DNA from: a virus
Length of the DNA stretch: 45,306 nt
Virus record (IMG/VR): IMGVR_UViG_3300033146_001050
Coordinates: 1 to 45,306 of that record
Strand: one strand, 5' to 3'
In this document: piece after piece, positions 1 to 6,909 of the stretch
Layout: each line of letters begins with the position of its first letter
How positions within the stretch are numbered: position 1 is the first letter of the stretch
Position numbers and translations under genes: made by a program
Notes under the pieces: generated by a model
The model's input: only the letters and a program-made list of their open reading frames with translations
Databases searched by the model: none
What the model was told of the DNA's origin: nothing

Positions 1-114
1 CGGTACCATTCCAGTACATAACAAGTGCATCGGGATAATTTCGTGCGTCATGTATTACTTTAGCCTTGATGTTTTCTAGGCGCTGGTAGAAATCATCTTC
101 TTTGAGCTCCATAA
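1..114. repeat. terminal redundancy copy 1 (identical to 45193..45306)
   Basis: Direct comparison: cggtaccattccagtacataacaag...tctttgagctccataa occurs at both window ends, 114/114 identical. Confidence 0.95.
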
Positions 115-316
115 AGTCATTCATTTCGTTTTCAGGATGTAAGATTGTTAATCGTGTTCCCGATGGCCTTGTGATATGAATAAACGAAGTTTGAACCTTA
201 AACTCCATAATTTTAATTAAATCATGAATTTGCAAGTCGTCGGTAAACTCAGTTATCAGGGGCAAAGAATATCTTTGCACTTTACGATATAAGTCTACTT
301 TGTCAGAATATGTCAT
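1..316 (-). CDS. hypothetical early protein, N-terminal part of a gene that wraps the contig junction
   Basis: Hand translation of the minus strand from ATG (316..314) to base 1 is open (MTYSDKVDLYRKVQRYSLPLITEF...). Bases 1..114 repeat 45193..45306, so the full gene is complement(join(45050..45306,115..316)), 152 aa. No motif recognised. Confidence 0.5.
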   Translation of the reverse strand, partial: MTYSDKVDLYRKVQRYSLPLITEFTDDLQIHDLIKIMEFKVQTSFIHITRPSGTRLTILHPENEMNDFMELKEDDFYQRLENIKAKVIHDARNYPDALVMYWNGT

Positions 317-353
317 CTTTACGATATAAGTCTACTTTGTCAGAATATGTCAT
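280..353. repeat. perfect 2 x 37-bp tandem duplication (280..316, 317..353)
   Basis: ctttacgatataagtctactttgtcagaatatgtcat occurs twice head to tail. Each copy carries the ATG (as cat) and the first 12 codons of the wrapping gene. Confidence 0.95.
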
Positions 354-357
354 TTTC

Positions 358-759
358 TTAGTCATATAGTCTCTCCTTGGAAATTTCATACAAACTGTAA
401 GGTACTACCTTACAGTAGCCCGCATACTGCGGACAGCCGTCGTAAACACTCAAGACTTTTCCTATTTCTACTGGTAACTTTTGTGAATTACCAGTAGAAT
501 TGACGATTCTACCGTCTGAAAAAATCGTAAAGTTTTTGATGATCATAACTTCATCAGAGAAAACTCTGATGCTATTGAGATCATCTAAGATCTCAATAAC
601 TTGACATTTCAAATTGATATTTCTATCAATTTGAAATGATTTTTGTACAATGTCAAAGTGCTTTGCTAGTGACTTGTACTTAGCTTTTCTGACGAATGTC
701 ACGTGACATTCGTTATTCATTTCATAGTACTTGCCTATTGAATATAAATCATCATTCAT
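358..759 (-). CDS. hypothetical early protein (133 aa)
   Basis: ORF track. ATG start. Sits in the minus-strand early block downstream of palindromes 774..797 and 934..970. No family motif recognised. Confidence 0.5.
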   Translation of the reverse strand: MNDDLYSIGKYYEMNNECHVTFVRKAKYKSLAKHFDIVQKSFQIDRNINLKCQVIEILDDLNSIRVFSDEVMIIKNFTIFSDGRIVNSTGNSQKLPVEIGKVLSVYDGCPQYAGYCKVVPYSLYEISKERLYD

Positions 760-773
760 TTTCTTAGTCCTTT

Positions 774-797
774 GTAGTGGTCAATATTGACCACTAC
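774..797. promoter_or_regulatory. 24-bp perfect palindrome gtagtggtcaatattgaccactac (candidate operator)
   Basis: Self-complementary by inspection. Lies 15 nt upstream of the ATG at 759. Contains the GGTCAAT half-site, which recurs at 809..815 (ggtcaat). Confidence 0.5.
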
Positions 798-933
798 TAT
801 TTTAATCGGTCAATCATACAATTAACCGTAAACCCCTAATTGTAAAGTAATAACATCTATAAAATAAATGTCATTACTTTACAATCAGTAAAGCCCTACA
901 CTATTATTTTTCAATGATCATGGTTAATTATAC

Positions 934-970
934 CAGCTGTTAACGTCGACTACGTCGACGTTAACAGCTG
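934..970. other. 37-nt hairpin/palindrome (17-bp perfect stem, 3-nt loop)
   Basis: cagctgttaacgtcgac-tac-gtcgacgttaacagctg. Each arm is CAGCTG + GTTAAC + GTCGAC. It overlaps the stop codon of the 961..1107 small ORF. Confidence 0.9.
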
Positions 971-1107
971 ATCTGTCGAACTGACAGGTCAGCAAACATG
1001 GTAGTTTTGGCGATCTTATGACTCAGCAATTCTGCAGCGAACATTGAGTCCGCAACTACCAATAGAATTCCTTTAACAGAAAAAACACCGTATTTGATCT
1101 CATTCAT
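961..1107 (-). CDS. small hypothetical protein (48 aa)
   Basis: Below the ORF-track size cut-off. ATG at 1107 has GAGG 8 nt upstream and a TTGTAA-17-TATACT promoter at 1127..1155. Translation: MNEIKYGVFSVKGILLVVADSMFAAELLSHKIAKTTMFADLSVRQISC. The stop lies inside the 934..970 hairpin. Confidence 0.3.
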   Translation of the reverse strand: MNEIKYGVFSVKGILLVVADSMFAAELLSHKIAKTTMFADLSVRQISC

Positions 1108-1126
1108 TTTGTTAACCTCTATCTAA

Positions 1127-1155
1127 AGTATAATAAAAAGCGAAACTATTTACAA
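1127..1155 (-). promoter_or_regulatory. sigma70-like promoter, leftward (early)
   Basis: Minus strand reads TTGTAA (1155..1150), 17-nt spacer, TATACT (1132..1127), then GAGG and ATG at 1107. Confidence 0.45.
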
Positions 1156-1214
1156 GTACTAAGAGACTAATTTTAAGAAACTAATTAAAAATTAAGAGTA
1201 GTTTATTTTAATAC

Positions 1215-1330
1215 CTATTAACTTTAATGAGTTAGACCTAAGAGCAGTAAACAAAATAATAAACATCTATTAACTTTAATACGTTACAACTAATAATAGT
1301 TAATAGATATTAACTATGTTTCACGTGAAA
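1215..1330. repeat. iteron-like repeats plus 12-bp palindrome
   Basis: ctattaactttaat at 1215..1228 and 1267..1280 (52-bp spacing). Partial copy atattaact at 1307..1315. Palindrome tttcacgtgaaa at 1319..1330. Confidence 0.7.
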
Positions 1331-1524
1331 CTGTACACGTGACAAAAACCTATAATTTTTAACCGTTGGAAGTGTGCCCTATAGCTAATAAACTAAGTAA
1401 AGCCTAATATAGGGAGCATGCAGTAATGAAGTTAGTGTAATGTAACAGAACATGAAGCATAGAACATATATAATATAAACTAATATAATAAGTACAGTGT
1501 AACAGAACACGGGACACAGAACAC

Positions 1525-1638
1525 AGTAAGCATAGACTAACAGAGTTAGTACAGTATAACATAGTAAGTATAGACTAACAGAGTTAACATAGTATAACAT
1601 AGTAAGTATAGACTAACAAAGAATACAGTGTAAATTAT
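1525..1638. repeat. 38-bp tandem repeat x3 (third copy degenerate)
   Basis: agtaag(c/t)atagactaacagagtta..agtataacat at 1525..1562 and 1563..1600. The unit at 1601..1638 shares its first 19 nt. Confidence 0.85.
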
Positions 1639-1839
1639 TAACGTACATTAACTTAAGATAGTGTAACCTATTAAACATAGGCAGTGTTACGTAAAGAAGG
1701 AAGCAGCAACAAAATAAGTCGGGACTAAGGAACAAAGGGTCAACAAACTAAAGAAGGGGGGCCTGTGCCCAGCCTATATACACTATGACACAGGACAAAT
1801 TTCAAGTATTATTCGGTCATGTAACATTTCTACTACAGA

Positions 1840-1980
1840 CAGCTCTCTATTTCCAGCAACACATAGCACATAACACATAAAATGTATCCCATATCCCATA
1901 TCCCATATCCCATATCCCATATCCCATATCCCATATCTCATAACACATAAAATGTATCCAGCTCTCTACTTACAGTAACA
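1840..1980. repeat. (CCCATAT)7 microsatellite (1888..1936) nested in two pairs of flanking direct repeats
   Basis: Seven exact heptamers. Flanked by cataacacataaaatgtatcc (1869..1889 and 1939..1959), and outside those by cagctctcta.tt.cag.aaca (1840..1861 and 1959..1980). Confidence 0.95.
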
Positions 1981-2133
1981 AATAAACAGTAACATTTGCT
2001 ACGTTATTTAATTGAAATAATCATTTATTCTGTAGCAAAATAAAGATTTAATAGTATTATTACATCATGTTATCATTATTTTACCTAAGTAAGCGCATTT
2101 TCTGTTCATAAACCTGAATTGACATAAAACAGG

Positions 2134-2230
2134 TTTCAATATTCATTGACTAGACAACATTATAGGCATATTTGATGTAAGTGTATCTTCTGAAAACATT
2201 GTTTGTCAGTCAATGAAGAGCTTTGAAGAG
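2134..2230. repeat. ~96-bp intergenic element, copy A (TTCATTGAC ... GTCAATGAA)
   Basis: tttcaatattcattgactagac ... gtgtatc ... gtcaatgaagagctttgaagag. The 9-bp inverted repeat is at 2142..2150 / 2209..2217. It aligns with copies at 25327..25422 and 28792..28887. Confidence 0.85.
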
Positions 2231-2279
2231 TTATTCAGCCTGAAATCAAGGCGTATATAGTAATTTCACGTGATAATAC

Positions 2280-2308
2280 TTGTATTTTGATATGTTGTAT
2301 GCTATAAT
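2280..2308 (+). promoter_or_regulatory. sigma70-like promoter for the rightward structural (late) operon
   Basis: TTGTAT (2280..2285), 17-nt spacer, TGcTATAAT (extended -10; TATAAT at 2303..2308). Lies 54 nt upstream of the first late ATG. TCACGTGA palindrome just upstream (2266..2273). Confidence 0.5.
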
Positions 2309-2361
2309 AAGTATATATGGATTTATGCGAGTGCCTGAAATAATTGTAAGAGGAGGACTGA

Positions 2362-2724
2362 ATGGAAGACTACTACACTGATGATATTGATCAGCTAAAA
2401 GAAAGAGTGTTGATTAAATACAATGCTTCGTTGTCTCTTGATGTTGCCTTCTTACAGGCTGGAGCGTTGCCAGAGCAAGAGGCACTGATTCGTAAAGATG
2501 AGAGATTTAAACAGCGTGTAGCTTTTGCAGATGCAGATGTTAAAGCAGATATAATGGGTGTAATGCTTACTGCGTTACGTGGCCCTGATCCTAGGTTGGC
2601 TAGGACTGCTGCATTAGACTTAGCAAAACACTTTGACAAGGAACATTTTGAAAGCGGTAATGATAATAAGAATACTATAGTGCCTGATGTTATAATTCTT
2701 AAAGGTAAGAAGGTAGCATCGTGA
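2362..2724 (+). CDS. putative small terminase subunit
   Basis: First ORF of the late operon. RBS GAGGAGG. 4-nt GTGA overlap with the large terminase gene. Call rests on size and position only. Confidence 0.45.
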   Translation: MEDYYTDDIDQLKERVLIKYNASLSLDVAFLQAGALPEQEALIRKDERFKQRVAFADADVKADIMGVMLTALRGPDPRLARTAALDLAKHFDKEHFESGNDNKNTIVPDVIILKGKKVAS

Positions 2725-4004
2725 CACAGGAAGTAGAAATACTGGACAAGATTCAAGATGAGCTGGTAGAGAACTGCGACAAACGGCATAGGGGAGCTTA
2801 CGGTGGTCGTGGATCTGGTAAATCTTGGAGTATAGCACGTATGCTGCTAGTTGAAGGGATGTCAGAAGAGAAGTTCATAGTCTGTGTACGTGAAGTACAG
2901 AAATCTATTGAGCACTCTGTCAAGAAACTTCTTGAAGATACTATTAAACACTTTAACTGGCAGTACTTTTATACTATTCGTAAGAATGATATAGTAGGCT
3001 TAAACGGAACAAAGTTTGTGTTCTACGGACTACATGACCATAATGCTGATAGTATTAAGTCACTTGAAGGTGCTGATATTTGTTGGGTTGCTGAGTCACA
3101 GAGCATTAGTCGTACGTCAATTAACATACTCAGACCTACTATACGTAAGCCTGGGTCTGTTATATGGTGGGACTTTAACCCTAGATACTCTAGTGATCCT
3201 GTGTACATTGACTACATCAGGAACAAAGATCCCAATGCTAAGTTTGTTATGGTCAACTGGCCGGATAACCCTTGGTTCCCAGAAACTCTTAGACAAGAGA
3301 AGGAAGCAGACTACGCTAGAGATCCTGAAATGGCTAAGCATATTTGGGAAGGACAGTTAGCTGATGAGAATGTTACGTTTGTATGTCCAGCAAAACTTGT
3401 AGAAAATGCTATGAGCAGACGGATTGAAATCAATCCTCCTGGTATAGAAGTAACAGGAATTGATGTTGCGCACATGGGCGGTGATGAAATCACTATGTAT
3501 AAGAGAATAAACAACAAAGTTATAGCAACTTATATAACTAAGAAACAACGAATACCTGAAACAGTACAGGATATTAAAACTTTTGTAAATAAGAATGGTA
3601 TCATAAACATTGACAATGGGCACGTAGGCGCTGCTGTAGCAGACTTGTTAGAAGTTGAAGGTTATTCAGTAAACAGGATCAACTTTGGTGGAACTCCAGA
3701 AGACAAGGAACACTATGAGGATACAGCTACTGAAATGTACTTTCAGCTTAGAGATAAGCTCAATGTTATTGACATACCTAAAGATGAAGAGCTTGCTGTA
3801 CAGTTGTACACTAGAATGTATATGTATATAAATGGAAAGCGTGGTTACGAAACTATGAAGATAGAGTCTAAGCCAGACTTTGCAGAACATACACATGCTG
3901 TGCACAAGTCACCGGATAGAGCTGATGGCTTAGTTCTTTGTTTCTATGAACCTTATGCTTATCAAGATTTGAGTAGCTTAATGCAAAATATTAAAACTTA
4001 CTAG
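2721..4004 (+). CDS. terL: terminase large subunit (PBSX/XtmB-like, Terminase_3-type)
   Basis: Walker A context RGAYGGRGSGKSWSIARMLL near the N-terminus. 427 aa. GTG start coupled to the upstream ORF. Followed by the portal gene. Confidence 0.88.
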   Translation: MTQEVEILDKIQDELVENCDKRHRGAYGGRGSGKSWSIARMLLVEGMSEEKFIVCVREVQKSIEHSVKKLLEDTIKHFNWQYFYTIRKNDIVGLNGTKFVFYGLHDHNADSIKSLEGADICWVAESQSISRTSINILRPTIRKPGSVIWWDFNPRYSSDPVYIDYIRNKDPNAKFVMVNWPDNPWFPETLRQEKEADYARDPEMAKHIWEGQLADENVTFVCPAKLVENAMSRRIEINPPGIEVTGIDVAHMGGDEITMYKRINNKVIATYITKKQRIPETVQDIKTFVNKNGIINIDNGHVGAAVADLLEVEGYSVNRINFGGTPEDKEHYEDTATEMYFQLRDKLNVIDIPKDEELAVQLYTRMYMYINGKRGYETMKIESKPDFAEHTHAVHKSPDRADGLVLCFYEPYAYQDLSSLMQNIKTY

Positions 4005-4015
4005 GAGGCTAGAGA

Positions 4016-5533
4016 ATGTCGTCATTAACTTCTACGTTAAAGAATTTACTAGGTTCTTTCTTTAGCTTTAATTCTTTAGGAACACGTAGAATAGAACTTA
4101 ACATAAGAAATGGTAGTTCCGGGTCTTCTGATCTTAGAGGAGATAACAAGCTAAATGTTAAACTCTGTAGAGAAATTTATAGGAATACAAATAATAAGTA
4201 TGCTTTATCTGGACAGCTTGTAAGACCTATAATAAATAACAATGTTAATTTTATTGGTGAGCCTAAGATCTTTGGAAATAAAAAAGCTCTTAAGATACTT
4301 GAAGAGATTAAGTTTGAGTACAGAAGAGTGCATAAAGTGCTAGAAATAGATGGTAACGTTGCTGTCTGGCCTAAATGGGATATTAAGAAGCAGGAAATTG
4401 TTATAGAGCTTATACCTATAACAGCTTTAAAAGCTACATTTATAGATCCTTTGTCTAAAGAAGTAACAGGCTACAGATTTGAAGAGAATATTACTTATTC
4501 TTCTGTAAACAGTAACAGTGAATCAGCTACAATAACACATATAATTACAGCCGATGTGCATAAGACAACTGTTGTTGGTAGTGCACTAAATTCTTCTAAA
4601 ACTGTTGCTAATCCGTTTAACATGTTACCAGTGGTACTGTTCACTAATGACAGATTAGGTAATGAACTTATAGGGCATAGTGAACTTGAAGCTATTGAAC
4701 CTCAACTCCAGCTGTATCATGATCTTACGTATGAAGCTGCTGCTGCGCAAAAGAGAGATGGTCATCCTAAGCTTAAACTTGTTACTAAAAACATGACTTC
4801 TTGGCTGAGTAACAACTTCGGAGCTGGTACAGTGGCTAAGGTTCAGGGTGGTACAGAGACACTGAGTTTAGATAATAGAGACTTCTTTGTTAATGGCCCT
4901 GACGATTCTATTGACTATATTTACTTGAATAAAACTTCTGGAGATTTTAAAGCACTATCTGAAACTACCTTTACTAATATTGTAGAGGGATCGGAAACTC
5001 CAGAAATTAACTTCGGAGCAAACCTTGGTACTTCTTTAGCAAGTGTTAAGGAATACAGGCCAATCTGGATTAAGAAGATAGCTGCTAAGCAAGCAGAACG
5101 TGGAGAATCTTGGGTAGAACTTTATAAGTTAATTATTATGATTCATAACTTTGTTAATTTAGCCAGTGTAAAGGCAGATGACTTAGAGATTGTTTGGGAA
5201 AAACCTAATTTTGTAAGCACTAAGGAACAGTCAGAAATTATTTCTTCAGTAGCTAACGCAATGAGCAAGCTTAAGAATGATGGTGTATTGACAGATGAAG
5301 AAGTGTATGATACTCTTAAAGAGTTAAACATAGTCCAACTTGCTGAGACTTTTAAAGAACATGAAATAGAAATTAAAAGGACACAAGATGAAAAAGATGA
5401 AAGACAAGCTAAACTTGATGAAGTTAAAGCGAAAATGGATACAGACTCTAACACCGATGAAGACAGTGAAGGTGATGATTCATCTAAAGACAACAAAGTC
5501 AATGGTAAAGACGAGTCTAAAGAAACAGAGTAA
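4016..5533 (+). CDS. portal protein (putative)
   Basis: 505 aa immediately after terL. RBS AGGAGG. Highly charged, acidic C-terminal tail. Call based on position and size. Confidence 0.7.
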   Translation: MSSLTSTLKNLLGSFFSFNSLGTRRIELNIRNGSSGSSDLRGDNKLNVKLCREIYRNTNNKYALSGQLVRPIINNNVNFIGEPKIFGNKKALKILEEIKFEYRRVHKVLEIDGNVAVWPKWDIKKQEIVIELIPITALKATFIDPLSKEVTGYRFEENITYSSVNSNSESATITHIITADVHKTTVVGSALNSSKTVANPFNMLPVVLFTNDRLGNELIGHSELEAIEPQLQLYHDLTYEAAAAQKRDGHPKLKLVTKNMTSWLSNNFGAGTVAKVQGGTETLSLDNRDFFVNGPDDSIDYIYLNKTSGDFKALSETTFTNIVEGSETPEINFGANLGTSLASVKEYRPIWIKKIAAKQAERGESWVELYKLIIMIHNFVNLASVKADDLEIVWEKPNFVSTKEQSEIISSVANAMSKLKNDGVLTDEEVYDTLKELNIVQLAETFKEHEIEIKRTQDEKDERQAKLDEVKAKMDTDSNTDEDSEGDDSSKDNKVNGKDESKETE

Positions 5534-5759
5534 GTTCTTTGATACAAGAGAACAGTTATTATTAGATTTTAAGAAGTTTGCTGAAAGAGGGGAGCTGTAT
5601 AAAGTTCCTACTTCTTTACTAAAGAATCTACCTACTGATCTTAGAGTCTTGTATGAAAAGTCTTGGCGTAAACAGTCTAAAGTGAAATGGATTATGTTTA
5701 AAACAGCTCTTCTTAGAGCTTATCAGGAGCAATATGATGTCAGAGTCAAAGATAACTAA
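5502..5759 (+). CDS. small hypothetical head-module protein (start uncertain; frame is open from 5388)
   Basis: The ORF-track frame 5388..5759 overlaps the portal 3' end. The last in-frame ATG before the portal stop is at 5502. The 3' end overlaps the next gene by 26 nt. Confidence 0.3.
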   Translation: MVKTSLKKQSKFFDTREQLLLDFKKFAERGELYKVPTSLLKNLPTDLRVLYEKSWRKQSKVKWIMFKTALLRAYQEQYDVRVKDN

Positions 5760-6906
5760 GGAACAAGCTGCAAAGGGTGTTGAAATTACATTAAGTAGTT
5801 CAACTGTAATGGCTTCTTTTAAAGGTACTAGCCTTGAAGGTGTACAGAGTGTGCCTATAGGTAATACTCAAGCCTATAAAGATCTTGTAGGTAATACAGA
5901 AGTTTATGAGTTCATTAACACTGTAAAACTTGGGCCAGACTTTCAAGCACAGCTTGATCCTTGGACGAACATAGAGCTTACAGAAGAATGGGCACAGAGT
6001 TATGCTAAAGGTATAAACGAAGTTCCAGCACCTTTATATATTAGAGGACATGAGAACAGTGGTACTCATTACAAGATGAGAGCCGTAGGTCAGGGATATG
6101 TAGTAGGCGCAAGAGTAAAGGGTAATGAACTTCACTTGCGCAATACTATTCCAATAGTTGGAACTGACGAAGATATTGAACTTGCACACAAGACTGCAAG
6201 AGAGATTAAAGCTAATATGCTTAGCACTTCTTCTGCTGATTTAATTGTTATGCAATTAGAAATTGATGAAGACAAAGAAACTTCTCTGTATAAAGCAGTA
6301 GAGTCAGTTGGCCAAAGAAGTAATGCTCTTGTAGAATTTGATCAGACTGGATCTTATGCACAAATTACAGATACATCTTTTAAGAATGGTTCTTCGTATG
6401 AAGAGCCTAAAAATAATATTCAAGGAGCAAGCGAGATGGATAAAATGACTTTAGAACAGATGTTCGTAAGCATGAAAAATCAGCTCGAAACTGGCGCACT
6501 CAGTCTGACTGATGCAGCTAAGAATCTTGGTATCACCATCTTAACACAGGCGGATAAGCTCGCACTTAAACGCCTAACAGATGTTGAGACTGCAATGGGA
6601 GTTCCTGTAGATGTCTTCTACAAGAAACAGTGCGATGCACAGGAAGCTACTTTTAAGTCATTAAAGGAAGCTGCTATTTCTAAGAAGTTTGTCAGTGATG
6701 AACTTATTGAAACAGCTACAGAGTTATTTACACTTAAAGCCGGTACCGTTGAAGAAATTACAGCAGAAGTAGAACGAGTGGCTGCTTTTAAAGTCTTTAA
6801 AACTCTTCGTGGGAATGAGGCTGGTAAAGTAGGGGCTTCATTTAATGCAGACGGTGTTCAAGTTAATGGTGATGATAACGAAACTGTTACTACAATGGAG
6901 GGATAA
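5734..6906 (+). CDS. prohead protease / scaffold fusion (putative)
   Basis: The N-terminal half has His...Ser spacing like HK97-type S78 proteases (LYIRGHENSG ... ANMLSTSSADLIV). The C-terminal half is helical and charged like a scaffold. Sits between portal and capsid. Confidence 0.45.
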   Translation: MMSESKITKEQAAKGVEITLSSSTVMASFKGTSLEGVQSVPIGNTQAYKDLVGNTEVYEFINTVKLGPDFQAQLDPWTNIELTEEWAQSYAKGINEVPAPLYIRGHENSGTHYKMRAVGQGYVVGARVKGNELHLRNTIPIVGTDEDIELAHKTAREIKANMLSTSSADLIVMQLEIDEDKETSLYKAVESVGQRSNALVEFDQTGSYAQITDTSFKNGSSYEEPKNNIQGASEMDKMTLEQMFVSMKNQLETGALSLTDAAKNLGITILTQADKLALKRLTDVETAMGVPVDVFYKKQCDAQEATFKSLKEAAISKKFVSDELIETATELFTLKAGTVEEITAEVERVAAFKVFKTLRGNEAGKVGASFNADGVQVNGDDNETVTTMEG

Positions 6907-6909
6907 GTT

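Noticed and set aside
358-759. Possible 2H-phosphodiesterase (anti-CBASS Acb1-like) because of an H-x-T motif (CHVTF)
   Set aside because: Only one H-x-[ST] motif is present and the family requires two. There is no other similarity I can support.
1385-1600. 71-aa minus-strand ORF (MLYYVNSVSLYLLCYTVLTLLVY...) in the non-coding island
   Set aside because: It is the translation of the 38-bp tandem repeats and related GTAACA-type repeats. It is extremely low complexity (Tyr/Leu/Val/Cys), has no RBS and no coupling to neighbours. I treat it as repeat-derived rather than a gene.
1525-1638. Possible mini-CRISPR array
   Set aside because: The 38-bp units are directly adjacent with no unique spacers. 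No cas genes or leader-like structure are present. It is a tandem repeat, not a CRISPR.
2391-3905. Multiple antisense or alternative-frame ORFs over the terminase genes (2391..2789, 2620..2838, 3016..3360, 3023..3208, 3117..3341, 3311..3517, 3357..3623, 3666..3905)
   Set aside because: They overlap a confidently identified terL with clear motifs. Their translations are low-complexity and lack RBSs. Similar shadow ORFs over the portal, capsid, tape measure and SNF2 genes were discarded for the same reason.
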